In this document: positions 38,601 to 52,500 of the stretch, in pieces
Layout of the letters: the number at the start of each line of letters is the position of its first letter
How positions within the stretch are numbered: the first letter of the stretch is position 1
Source: the human T2T-CHM13v2.0 reference genome, Homo sapiens
Direction: 5' to 3' (one strand)
NCBI RefSeq assembly: GCF_009914755.1
Contig: NC_060939.1
Length of the DNA: 64,000 nucleotides
Position numbers and translations under genes: made by a program
The notes under the pieces: model-generated
What the model was told of the DNA's origin: nothing
The model's database searches: none
Seen by the model: only the letters and a program-made list of their open reading frames with translations

Positions 38601-41600
38601 CAAACTGCTGTATCAAAACAAAGGTTGAACTCTGTGAGTTGAGGACACACATCACAAATAAGTTTCTGAGAATGCTTCTGTCTAGTTTTTATTTGAAGAT
38701 GTTTCCTTTTTCACCATAGGCCTGAAAGCGCTCGAAATGTCCACTTCCAGATAGTACAGAAAGAGTGTTTCAAACCTGCTCTATGAACGGGAATGTTCAG
38801 CTCTGTGAGTTGAATGCAAACATCACAAAGCAGGTTCTGAGAATGCTTCCGTCTAGATTTTAAATGAGGATATTCCCGTTTCCAACGAAATCCTCGAAGC
38901 TATCCAAATATCCACTTGCAGATTCCACAAAAAGAGTGTTTCAAAACTGCTCTGTCAAAAGATAGGTTCAACTCTGTTAGTTGAGTACACACATGGCAAA
39001 CAAGATTGCGAGAATGCTTTCGTCTAGTTTTTTTGGGAAGATATTTCCTTCTTCACCATAGGCCTCAAAGCGCTCCAAATATCCATTTCCACATGCTATA
39101 CAAAGAGTGTCTCAAACCTGCTGTATGAATGGGAATGTTCAACTCTATGAGTTGAATGCAAACATCACAAAGAAGTTTCTGAGAATGCTGCTGTCTAGAT
39201 TTTATATGAAGGTTTTCCCGCTTCCAACGAAATTTTCAATGCTCTCAAAATATCCTCTTGTAGATTCTACAAAAAGAGTGTTTCCAAACTGCTGTATCAA
39301 AACAAAGGTTCATCTCTGTTAGTTGAGGACACACATCACAAATAAGTTTCTGAGAATGCTTCTGTCTAGTTCTTATTTGAAGACATTTCCTTTCTCACCT
39401 TAGGCCTGAAAGCGCTCGAAATACCCACTTCCAGATACTACAGAAACAGTGATTCAAACCTGCTCTATGAAAGGGAATGTTCAACTATGTGACTTGAATG
39501 CAAACATCACAAAGCAGTTTCTGAGAATGCTGCTGTCTACTTTCTATTTGTAATCCCGTTTCCAACGAAATCCTCAGAACTATCGAAATTTCCAATTGCA
39601 GATTCCACAGAAACAGGGTTTCAAAGCTGCTCTGTAAAAAGAAAGGTTCAACTCTGTTAGTTGAATACACACGTCACAAACAAGTTTCTGAGAATGCTTC
39701 TGTCTAGTTTTTATGGGAAGATATTTCCTTTTTCACCGTAGGCCTCAAAGCGCTCCAAATGTCCACTTCCACATACTACAAAAAGAGTGTTTCAAACCTG
39801 CTCTATGATAGGGAATGTTGAAACGTATGAGTTGAATGCAAGCATTACAAAGAGGTTTCTGAGAATGCTTCTGTCTAGATTTTATATGTAGATATTCCCG
39901 TTTCCAACGAAATCCTCAAAGCTATCCAAATATCAACTTGCAGATTCTACAAAAGGAATGTTTCCAAAATGCTGTATCCAAACAAAGGTTCAACTCTGTG
40001 AATTGAGGGCATACATCACAAAGAAGATTCTGAGAATGCTTCTGTCTAGATTTTATATGAAAATATTCCCGTTTCCAACGAAATCCTCAAAGCTATCCAA
40101 ATATCCACTTGCAAATGCCACAAAAAGAGTGTTTCCAAACTGCTCTGTGAAAAGGAAGGTTCAACTCTGTTAGTTGAGTACACACATCACAAAGAGGTTT
40201 CTGAGAATGCTGCTGACTAGTTTTTATTTGAAGATATTTCCCTTTTCACCTTAGGCCTAAGAGTGCTCGAAATGTCCATTTCCACATACTCCACAAAGTG
40301 TGTTTCAAACGTGCTGTATGAAAGGGAATGTTCAACTCTATGAGTTGAATGCAAACATCACAAAGAAGATTCTGAGAATGCTTTTGTCTAGATTTTATAT
40401 GAAGATATTCCCGTGTCCAACGAAATTTTCAAAGGTCTCCAAATAAAGATTGTTTCCAAACTGCTGTATCAAAACAAAGGTTGAACTCTGTGAGTTGAGG
40501 ACACACATCACAAATAAGTTTCTGAGAATGCTTCTGTCTAGTTTTTATTTGAAGATGTTTCCTTTTTCACCATAGGCCTGAAAGCGCTCGAAATGTCCAC
40601 TTCCAGATAGTACAGAAAGAGTGTTTCAAACCTGCTCTATGAACGGGAATGTTCAGCTCTGTGAGTTGAATGCAAACATCACAAAGCAGGTTCTGAGAAT
40701 GCTTCCGTCTAGATTTTAAATGAGGATATTCCCGTTTCCAACGAAATCCTCGAAGCTATCCAAATATCCACTTGCAGATTCCACAAAAAGAGTGTTTCAA
40801 AACTGCTCTGTCAAAAGATAGGTTCAACTCTGTTAGTTGAGTACACACATGGCAAACAAGATTGCGAGAATGCTTTCGTCTAGTTTTTTTGGGAAGATAT
40901 TTCCTTCTTCACCATAGGCCTCAAAGCGCTCCAAATATCCATTTCCACATGCTATACAAAGAGTGTCTCAAACCTGCTGTATGAATGGGAATGTTCAACT
41001 CTATGAGTTGAATGCAAACATCACAAAGAAGTTTCTGAGAATGCTTCTGTCTAGATTTTATATGAAGGTTTTCCCGCTTCCAACGAAATTTTCAATGCTC
41101 TCAAAATATCCTCTTGTAGATTCTACAAAAAGAGTGTTTCCAAACTGCTGTATCAAAACAAAGGTTCATCTCTGTTAGTTGAGGACACACATCACAAATA
41201 AGTTTCTGAGAATGCTTCTGTCTAGTTCTTATTTGAAGACATTTCCTTTCTCACCTTAGGCCTGAAAGCGCTCGAAATACCCACTTCCAGATACTACAGA
41301 AACAGTGATTCAAACCTGCTCTATGAAAGGGAATGTTCAACTATGTGACTTGAATGCAAACATCACAAAGCAGTTTCTGAGAATGCTGCTGTCTACTTTC
41401 TATTTGTAATCCCGTTTCCAACGAAATCCTCAGAACTATCGAAATTTCCAATTGCAGATTCCACAGAAACAGGGTTTCAAAGCTGCTCTGTAAAAAGAAA
41501 GGTTCAACTCTGTTAGTTGAATACACACGTCACAAACAAGTTTCTGAGAATGCTTCTGTCTAGTTTTTATGGGAAGATATTTCCTTTTTCACGGTAGGCC

Positions 41601-41813
41601 TCAAAGCGCTCCAAATGTCCACTTCCACATACTACAAAAAGAGTGTTTCAAACCTGCTCTATGATAGGGAATGTTGAAACCTATGAGTTGAATGCAAGCA
41701 TTACAAAGAGGTTTCTGAGAATGCTTCTGTCTAGATTTTATATGTAGATATTCCCGTTTCCAACGAAATCCTCAAAGCTATCCAAATATCAACTTGCAGA
41801 TTCTACAAAAGGA
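26698..41813 (-). repeat. Mixed block: 11, 15(del21), 15, 11, 15(del21), 11, 11(del21)
   Basis: Anchor spacings 1877, 2536, 2557, 1877, 2536, 1877, 1856. Confidence 0.94.
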
Positions 41814-44708
41814 ATGTTTCCAAAATGCTGTATCCAAACAAAGGTTCAACTCTGTGAATTGAGGGCATACATCACAAAGAAGATTCTGAGAATGCTTCTG
41901 TCTAGATTTTATATGAAAATATTCCCGTTTCCAACGAAATCCTCAAAGCTATCCAAATATCCACTTGCAAATGCCACAAAAAGAGTGTTTCCAAACTGCT
42001 CTGTGAAAAGGAAGGTTCAACTCTGTTAGTTGAGTACACACATCACAAAGAGGTTTCTGAGAATGCTGCTGACTAGTTTTTATTTGAAGATATTTCCCTT
42101 TTCACCTTAGGCCTAAGAGTGCTCGAAATGTCCATTTCCACATACTCCACAAAGTGTGTTTCAAACGTGCTGTATGAAAGGGAATGTTCAACTCTATGAG
42201 TTGAATGCAAACATCACAAAGAAGATTCTGAGAATGCTTTTGTCTAGATTTTATATGAAGATATTCCCGTGTCCAACGAAATTTTCAAAGGTCTCCAAAT
42301 ATCCATTTGTAGATTCTACAAAAAGAGTGTTTCCAAACTGCTGTATCAAAACAAAGGTTGAACTCTGTGAGTTGAGGACACACATCACAAATAAGTTTCT
42401 GAGAATGCTTCTGTCTAGTTTTTATTTGAAGATGTTTCCTTTTTCACCATAGGCCTGAAAGCGCTCGAAATGTCCACTTCCAGATAGTACAGAAAGAGTG
42501 TTTCAAACCTGCTCTATGAACGGGAATGTTCAGCTCTGTGAGTTGAATGCAAACATCACAAAGCAGGTTCTGAGAATGCTTCCGTCTAGATTTTAAATGA
42601 GGATATTCCCGTTTCCAACGAAATCCTCGAAGCTATCCAAATATCCACTTGCAGATTCCACAAAAAGAGTGTTTCAAAACTGCTCTGTCAAAAGATAGGT
42701 TCAACTCTGTTAGTTGAGTACACACATGGCAAACAAGATTCCGAGAATGCTTTCGTCTAGTTTTTTTGGGAAGATATTTCCTTCTTCACCATAGGCCTCA
42801 AAGCGCTCCAAATATCCATTTCCACATGCTATACAAAGAGTGTCTCAAACCTGCTGTATGAATGGGAATGTTCAACTCTATGAGTTGAATGCAAACATCA
42901 CAAAGCAGTTTCTGAGAATGCTGCTGTCTACTTTCTATTTGTAATCCCGTTTCCAACGAAATCCTCAGAACTATCGAAATTTCCAATTGCAGATTCCACA
43001 AAAAGCGTGTTTCAAAGCTGCTCTGTAAAAAGAAAGGTTCAACTCTGTTAGTTGAATACACACGTCACAAACAAGTTTCTGAGAATGCTTCTGTCTAGTT
43101 TTTATGGGAAGATATTTCCTTTTTCACCGTAGGCCTCAAAGCGCTCCAAATGTCCACTTCCACATACTACAAAAAGAGTGTTTCAAACCTGCTGTATGAA
43201 AGGGAATGTTCAACTCTATGAGTTGAATGCAAACATTACAAAGAAGTTTCTGAGAATGCTTCTGTCTAGATTTTATATGAAGGTTTTCCCGTTTCCAACG
43301 AAATTTTCAATGCTCTCAAAATATCCACTTGTAGATTCTACAAAAAGAGTGTTTCCAAACTGCTGTGTCAAAAGAAAGGTTCAACTCTGTTAGTTGAGGA
43401 CACACATCACAAATAAGTTTCTGAGAATGCTTCTGTCTAGTTCTTATTTGAAGACATTTCCTTTCTCACCTTAGGCTTGAAAACGCTCGAAATATCCACT
43501 TCCAGATACGACAGAAACAGTGATTCAAACCTGCTCTATGAAAGGGAATGTTCAACTAGGTGACTTGAATGCAAACATCACAAAGCAGTTTCTGAGAATG
43601 CTGCTGTCTACTTTCTATTTGTAATCCCGTTTCCAACGAAATCCTCAGAACTATCGAAATTTCCAATTGCAGATTCCACAAAAAGCGTGTTTCAAAGCTG
43701 CTCTGTAAAAAGAAAGGTTCAACTCTGTTAGTTGAATACACACGTCACAAACAAGTTTCTGAGAATGCTTCTGTCTAGTTTTTATGGGAAGATATTTCCT
43801 TTTTCACCGTAGGCCTCAAAGCGCTCCAAATGTCCACTTCCACATACTACAAAAAGAGTGTTTCAAACCTGCTGTATGAAAGGGAATGTTCAACTCTATG
43901 AGTTGAATGCAAACATTACAAAGAAGTTTCTGAGAATGCTTCTGTCTAGATTTTATATGAAGGTTTTCCCGTTTCCAACGAAATTTTCAATGCTCTCAAA
44001 ATATCCACTTGTAGATTCTACAAAAAGAGTGTTTCCAAACTGCTGTGTCAAAAGAAAGGTTCAACTCTGTTAGTTGAGGACACACATCACAAATAAGTTT
44101 CTGAGAATGCTTCTGTCTAGTTCTTATTTGAAGACATTTCCTTTCTCACCTTAGGCTTGAAAACGCTCGAAATATCCACTTCCAGATACGACAGAAACAG
44201 TGATTCAAACCTGCTCTATGAAAGGGAATGTTCAACTAGGTGACTTGAATGCAAACATCACAAAGCAGTTTCTGAGAATGCTGCTGTCTACTTTCTATTT
44301 GTAATCCCGTTTCCAACGAAATCCTCAGAACTATCGAAATTTAGAATTGCAGATTCCACAAAAAGCGTGTTTCAAAGCTGCTCTGTAAAAAGAAAGGTTC
44401 AACTCTGTTAGTTGAATACACACGTCACAAACAAGTTTCTGAGAATGCTTCTGTCTAGTTTTTATGGGAAGATATTTCCTTTTTCACCGTAGGCCTCAAA
44501 GCGCTCCAAATGTCCACTTCCACATACTACAAAAAGAGTGTTTCAAACCTGCTCTATGATAGGGAATGTTGAAACCTATGAGTTGAATGCAAGCATTACA
44601 AAGAGGTTTCTGAGAATGCTTCTGTCTAGATTTTATATGTAGATATTCCCGTTTCCAACGAAATCTTCAAAGCTATCCAAATATCAACTTGCAGATTCTA
44701 CAAAAGGA
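41814..44708 (-). repeat. 17-mer HOR variant (m10-m11 deleted, one extra 4-mer)
   Basis: 2895 = 2557 - 342 + 680; m9-to-m12 junction at 42885-42905. Confidence 0.93.
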
Positions 44709-46564
44709 ATGTTTCCAAAATGCTGTATCCAAACAAAGGTTCAACTCTGTGAATTGAGGGCATACATCACAAAGAAGATTCTGAGAATGCTTCTGTCTAG
44801 ATTTTATATGAAAATATTCCCGTTTCCAACGAAATCCTCAAAGCTATCCAAATATCCACTTGCAAATGCCACAAAAAGAGTGTTTCCAAACTGCTCTGTG
44901 AAAAGGAAGGTTCAACTCTGTTAGTTGAGTACACACATCACAAAGAGGTTTCTGAGAATGCTGCTGACTAGTTTTTATTTGAAGATATTTCCCTTTTCAC
45001 CTTAGGCCTAAGAGTGCTCGAAATGTCCATTTCCACATACTCCACAAAGTGTGTTTCAAACGTGCTGTATGAAAGGGAATGTTCAACTCTATGAGTTGAA
45101 TGCAAACATCACAAAGAAGATTCTGAGAATGCTTTTGTCTAGATTTTATATGAAGATATTCCCGTGTCCAACGAAATTTTCAAAGGTCTCCAAATAAAGA
45201 TTGTTTCCAAACTGCTGTATCAAAACAAAGGTTGAACTCTGTGAGTTGAGGACACACATCACAAATAAGTTTCTGAGAATGCTTCTGTCTAGTTTTTATT
45301 TGAAGATGTTTCCTTTTTCACCATAGGCCTGAAAGCGCTCGAAATGTCCACTTCCAGATAGTACAGAAAGAGTGTTTCAAACCTGCTCTATGAACGGGAA
45401 TGTTCAGCTCTGTGAGTTGAATGCAAACATCACAAAGCAGGTTCTGAGAATGCTTCCGTCTAGATTTTAAATGAGGATATTCCCGTTTCCAACGAAATCC
45501 TCGAAGCTATCCAAATATCCACTTGCAGATTCCACAAAAAGAGTGTTTCAAAACTGCTCTGTCAAAAGATAGGTTCAACTCTGTTAGTTGAGTACACACA
45601 TGGCAAACAAGATTGCGAGAATGCTTTCGTCTAGTTTTTTTGGGAAGATATTTCCTTCTTCACCATAGGCCTCAAAGCGCTCCAAATATCCATTTCCACA
45701 TGCTATACAAAGAGTGTCTCACACCTGCTGTATGAATGGGAATGTTCAACTCTATGAGTTGAATGCAAACATCACAAAGAAGTTTCTGAGAATGCTTCTG
45801 TCTAGATTTTATATGAAGGTTTTCCCGCTTCCAACGAAATTTTCAATGCTCTCAAAATATCCTCTTGTAGATTCTACAAAAAGAGTGTTTCCAAACTGCT
45901 GTATCAAAACAAAGGTTCATCTCTGTTAGTTGAGGACACACATCACAAATAAGTTTCTGAGAATGCTTCTGTCTAGTTCTTATTTGAAGACATTTCCTTT
46001 CTCACCTTAGGCCTGAAAGCGCTCGAAATACCCACTTCCAGATACTACAGAAACAGTGATTCAAACCTGCTCTATGAAAGGGAATGTTCAACTATGTGAC
46101 TTGAATGCAAACATCACAAAGCAGTTTCTGAGAATGCTGCTGTCTACTTTCTATTTGTAATCCCGTTTCCAACGAAATCCTCAGAACTATCGAAATTTCC
46201 AATTGCAGATTCCACAGAAACAGGGTTTCAAAGCTGCTCTGTAAAAAGAAAGGTTCAACTCTGTTAGTTGAATACACACGTCACAAACAAGTTTCTGAGA
46301 ATGCTTCTGTCTAGTTTTTATGGGAAGATATTTCCTTTTTCACGGTAGGCCTCAAAGCGCTCCAAATGTCCACTTCCACATACTACAAAAAGAGTGTTTC
46401 AAACCTGCTCTATGATAGGGAATGTTGAAACCTATGAGTTGAATGCAAGCATTACAAAGAGGTTTCTGAGAATGCTTCTGTCTAGATTTTATATGTAGAT
46501 ATTCCCGTTTCCAACGAAATCCTCAAAGCTATCCAAATATCAACTTGCAGATTCTACAAAAGGA
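44709..46564 (-). repeat. 11-mer HOR with 21-bp deletion
   Basis: 1856 bp; CCAAATAAAGATTG junction at 45196. Confidence 0.94.
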
Positions 46565-49500
46565 ATGTTTCCAAAATGCTGTATCCAAACAAAGGTTCAA
46601 CTCTGTGAATTGAGGGCATACATCACAAAGAAGATTCTGAGAATGCTTCTGTCTAGATTTTATATGAAAATATTCCCGTTTCCAACGAAATCCTCAAAGC
46701 TATCCAAATATCCACTTGCAAATGCCACAAAAAGAGTGTTTCCAAACTGCTCTGTGAAAAGGAAGGTTCAACTCTGTTAGTTGAGTACACACATCACAAA
46801 GAGGTTTCTGAGAATGCTGCTGACTAGTTTTTATTTGAAGATATTTCCCTTTTCACCTTAGGCCTAAGAGTGCTCGAAATGTCCATTTCCACATACTCCA
46901 CAAGGTGTGTTTCAAACGTGCTGTATGAAAGGGAATGTTCAACTCTATGAGTTGAATGCAAACATCACAAAGAAGATTCTGAGAATGCTTTTGTCTAGAT
47001 TTTATATGAAGATATTCCCGTGTCCAACGAAATTTTCAAAGGTCTCCAAATATCCATTTGTAGATTCTACAAAAAGAGTGTTTCCAAACTGCTGTATCAA
47101 AACAAAGGTTGAACTCTGTGAGTTGAGGACACACATCACAAATAAGTTTCTGAGAATGCTTCTGTCTAGTTTTTATTTGAAGATGTTTCCTTTTTCACCA
47201 TAGGCCTGAAAGCGCTCGAAATGTCCACTTCCAGATAGTACAGAAAGAGTGTTTCAAACCTGCTCTATGAACGGGAATGTTCAGCTCTGTGAGTTGAATG
47301 CAAACATCACAAAGCAGGTTCTGAGAATGCTTCCGTCTAGATTTTAAATGAGGATATTCCCGTTTCCAACGAAATCCTCGAAGCTATCCAAATATCCACT
47401 TGCAGATTCCACAAAAAGAGTGTTTCAAAACTGCTCTGTCAAAAGATAGGTTCAACTCTGTTAGTTGAGTACACACATGGCAAACAAGATTCCGAGAATG
47501 CTTTCGTCTAGTTTTTTTGGGAAGATATTTCCTTCTTCACCATAGGCCTCAAAGCGCTCCAAATATCCATTTCCACATGCTATACAAAGAGTGTCTCAAA
47601 CCTGCTGTATGAATGGGAATGTTCAACTCTATGAGTTGAATGCAAACATCACAAAGAAGTTTCTGAGAATGCTGCTGTCTAGATTTTATATGAAGGTTTT
47701 CCCGCTTCCAACGAAATTTTCAATGCTCTCAAAATATCCTCTTGTAGATTCTACAAAAAGAGTGTTTCCAAACTGCTGTATCAAAACAAAGGTTCATCTC
47801 TGTTAGTTGAGGACACACATCACAAATAAGTTTCTGAGAATGCTTCTGTCTAGTTCTTATTTGAAGACATTTCCTTTCTCACCTTAGGCCTGAAAGCGCT
47901 CGAAATACCCACTTCCAGATACTACAGAAACAGTGATTCAAACCTGCTCTATGAAAGGGAATGTTCAACTATGTGACTTGAATGCAAACATCACAAAGCA
48001 GTTTCTGAGAATGCTGCTGTCTACTTTCTATTTGTAATCCCGTTTCCAACGAAATCCTCAGAACTATCGAAATTTCCAATTGCAGATTCCACAGAAACAG
48101 GGTTTCAAAGCTGCTCTGTAAAAAGAAAGGTTCAACTCTGTTAGTTGAATACACACGTCACAAACAAGTTTCTGAGAATGCTTCTGTCTAGTTTTTATGG
48201 GAAGATATTTCCTTTTTCACCGTAGGCCTCAAAGCGCTCCACATGTCCACTTCCACATACTACAAAAAGAGTGTTTCAAACCTGCTGTATGAAAGGGAAT
48301 GTTCAACTCTATGAGTTGAATGCAAACATTACAAAGAAGTTTCTGAGAATGCTTCTGTCTAGATTTTATATGAAGGTTTTCCCGTTTCCAACGAAATTTT
48401 CAATGCTCTCAAAATATCCACTTGTAGATTCTACAAAAAGAGTGTTTCCAAACTGCTGTGTCAAAAGAAAGGTTCAACTCTGTTAGTTGAAGACACACAT
48501 CACAAATAAGTTTCTGAGAATGTTTCTGTCTAGTTCTTATTTGAAGACATTTCCTTTCTCACCTTAGGCCTGAAAACGCTCGAAATATCCACTTCCAGAT
48601 ACGACAGAAACAGTGATTCAAACCTGCTCTATGAAAGGGAATGTTCAACTAGGTGACTTGAATGCAAACATCACAAAGCAGTTTCTGAGAATGCTGCTGT
48701 CTACTTTCTATTTGTAATCCCGTTTCCAACGAAATCCTCAGAACCATCGAAATTTCCAATTGCAGATTCCACAGAAACAGGGTTTCAAAGCTGCTCTGTA
48801 AAAAGAAAGGTTCAACTCTGTTAGTTGAATACACACGTCACAAACAAGTTTCTGAGAATGCTTCTGTCTAGTTTTTATGGGAAGATATTTCCTTTATCAC
48901 GGTAGGCCTCAAAGCGCTCCAAATGTCCACTTCCACATACTACAAAAAGAGTGTTTCAAACCTGCTCTATGATAGGGAATGTTGAAACCTATGAGTTGAA
49001 TGCAAGCATTACAAAGAGGTTTCTGAGAATGCTTCTGTCTAGATTTTATATGTAGATATTCCCGTTTCCAACGAAATCCTCAAAGCTATCCAAATATCAA
49101 CTTGCAGATTCTGCAAAAGGAATGTTTCCAAAATGCTGTATCCAAACAAAGGTTCAACTCTGTGAATTGAGGGCATACATCACAAAGAAGATTCTGAGAA
49201 TGCTTCTGTCTAGATTTTATATGAAAATATTCCCGTTTCCAACGAAATCCTCAAAGCTATCCAAATATCCACTTGCAAATGCCACAAAAAGAGTGTTTCC
49301 AAACTGCTCTGTGAAAAGGAAGGTTCAACTCTGTTAGTTGAGTACACACATCACAAAGAGGTTTCTGAGAATGCTGCTGACTAGTTTTTATTTGAAGATA
49401 TTTCCCTTTTCACCTTAGGCCTAAGAGTGCTCGAAATGTCCATTTCCACATACTCCACAAAGTGTGTTTCAAACGTGCTGTATGAAAGGGAATGTTCAAC

Positions 49501-52500
49501 TCTATGAGTTGAATGCAAACATCACAAAGAAGACTCTGAGAATGCTTTTGTCTAGATTTTATATGAAGATATTCCCTTGTCCAACGAAATTTTCAAAGGT
49601 CTCCAAATATCCATTTGTAGATTCTACAAAAAGAGTGTTTCCAAACTGCTGTATCAAAACAAAGGTTGAACTCTGTGAGTTGAGGACACACATCACAAAT
49701 AAGTTTCTGAGAATGCTTCTGTCTAGTTTTTATTTGAAGATGTTTCCTTTTTCACCATAGGCCTGAAAGCGCTCGAAATGTCCACTTCCAGATAGTACAG
49801 AAAGAGTGTTTCAAACCTGCTCTATGAACGGGAATGTTCAGCTCTGTGAGTTGAATGCAAACATCACAAAGCAGGTTCTGAGAATGCTTCCGTCTAGATT
49901 TTAAATGAGGATATTCCCGTTTCCAACGAAATCCTCGAAGCTATCCAAATATCCACTTGCAGATTCCACAAAAAGAGTGTTTCAAAACTGCTCTGTCAAA
50001 AGATAGGTTCAACTCTGTTAGTTGAGTACACACATGGCAAACAAGATTGCGAGAATGCTTTCGTCTAGTTTTTTTGGGAAGATATTTCCTTCTTCACCAT
50101 AGGCCTCAAAGCGCTCCAAATATCCATTTCCACATGCTATACAAAGAGTGTCTCAAACCTGCTGTATGAATGGGAAGGTTCAACTCTATGAGTTGAATGC
50201 AAACATCACAAAGAAGTTTCTGAGAATGCTGCTGTCTAGATTTTATATGAAGGTTTTCCCGCTTCCAACGAAATTTTCAATGCTCTCAAAATATCCTCTT
50301 GTAGATTCTACAAAAAGAGTGTTTCCAAACTGCTGTATCAAAACAAAGGTTCATCTCTGTTAGTTGAGGACACACATCACAAATAAGTTTCTGAGAATGC
50401 TTCTGTCTAGTTCTTATTTGAAGACATTTCCTTTCTCACCTTAGGCCTGAAAGCGCTCGAAATACCCACTTCCAGATACTACAGAAACAGTGATTCAAAC
50501 CTGCTTTATGAAAGGGAATGTTCAACTATGTGACTTGAATGCAAACATCACAAAGCAGTTTCTGAGAATGCTGCTGTCTACTTTCTATTTGTAATCCCGT
50601 TTCCAACGAAATCCTCAGAACTATCGAAATTTCCAATTGCAGATTCCACAGAAACAGGGTTTCAAAGCTGCTCTGTAAAAAGAAAGGTTCAACTCTGTTA
50701 GTTGAATACACACGTCACAAACAAGTTTCTGAGAATGCTTCTGTCTAGTTTTTATGGGAAGATACTTCCTTTTTCACCGTAGGCCTCAAAGCGCTCCAAA
50801 TGTCCACTTACACATACTACAAAAAGAGTGTTTCAAACCTGCTGTATGAAAGGGAATGTTCAACTCTATGAGTTGAATGCAAACATTACAAAGAAGTTTC
50901 TGAGAATGCTTCTGTCTAGATTTTATATGAAGGTTTTCCCGTTTCCAACGAAATTTTCAATGCTCTCAAAATATCCACTTGTAGATTCTACAAAAAGAGT
51001 GTTTCCAAACTGCTGTGTCAAAAGAAAGGTTCAACTCTCTTAGTTGAGGACACACATCACAAATAAGTTTCTGAGAATGCTTCTGTCTAGTTCTTATTTG
51101 AAGACATTTCCTTTCTCACCTTAGGCCTGAAAACGCTCGAAATATCCACTTCCAGATACGACAGAAACAGTGATTCAAACCTGTTCTATGAAAGGGAATG
51201 TTCAACTAGGTGACTTGAATGCAAACATCACAAAGCAGTTTCTGAGAATGCTGCTGTCTACTTTCTATTTGTAATCCCGTTTCCAACGAAATCCTCAGAA
51301 CTATCGAAATTTCCAATTGCAGATTCCACAGAAACAGGGTTTCAAAGCTGCTCTGTAAAAAGAAAGGTTCAACTCTGTTAGTTGAATACACACGTCACAA
51401 ACAAGTTTCTGAGAATGCTTCTGTCTAGTTTTTATGGGAAGATATTTCCTTTTTCACGGTAGGCCTCAAAGCGCTCCAAATGTCCACTTCCACATACTAC
51501 AAAAAGAGTGTTTCAAACCTGCTCTATGATAGGGAATGTTGAAACCTATGAGTTGAATGCAAGCATTACAAAGAGGTTTCTGAGAATGCTTCTGTCTAGA
51601 TTTTATATGTAGATATTCCCGTTTCCAACGAAATCCTCAAAGCTATCCAAATATCAACTTGCAGATTCTACAAAAGGAATGTTTCCAAAATGCTGTATCC
51701 AAACAAAGGTTCAACTCTGTGAATTGAGGGCATACATCACAAAGAAGATTCTGAGAATGCTTCTGTCTAGATTTTATATGAAAATATTCCCGTTTCCAAC
51801 GAAATCCTCAAAGCTATCCAAATATCCACTTGCAAATGCCACAAAAAGAGTGTTTCCAAACTGCTCTGTGAAAAGGAAGGTTCAACTCTGTTAGTTGAGT
51901 ACACACATCACAAAGAGGTTTCTGAGAATGCTGCTGACTAGTTTTTATTTGAAGATATTTCCCTTTTCACCTTAGGCCTAAGAGTGCTCGAAATGTCCAT
52001 TTCCACATACTCCACAAAGTGTGTTTCAAACGTGCTGTATGAAAGGGAATGTTCAACTCTATGAGTTGAATGCAAACATCACAAAGAAGACTCTGAGAAT
52101 GCTTTTGTCTAGATTTTATATGAAGATATTCCCGTGTCCAACGAAATTTTCAAAGGTCTCCAAATATCCATTTGTAGATTCTACAAAAAGAGTGTTTCCA
52201 AACTGCTGTATCAAAACAAAGGTTGAACTCTGTGAGTTGAGGACACACATCACAAATAAGTTTCTGAGAATGCTTCTGTCTAGTTTTTATTTGAAGATGT
52301 TTCCTTTTTCACCATAGGCCTGAAAGCGCTCGAAATGTCCACTTCCAGATAGTACAGAAAGAGTGTTTCAAACCTGCTCTATGAACGGGAATGTTCAGCT
52401 CTGTGAGTTGAATGCAAACATCACAAAGCAGGTTCCGAGAATGCTTCCGTCTAGATTTTAAATGAGGATATTCCCGTTTCCAACGAAATCCTCGAAGCTA

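Noticed and set aside
42798-43061. 87-aa minus-strand ORF (also at 57076, 59971, 62866) as a distinct gene
   Set aside because: It is read-through created by the 342-bp deletion junction.
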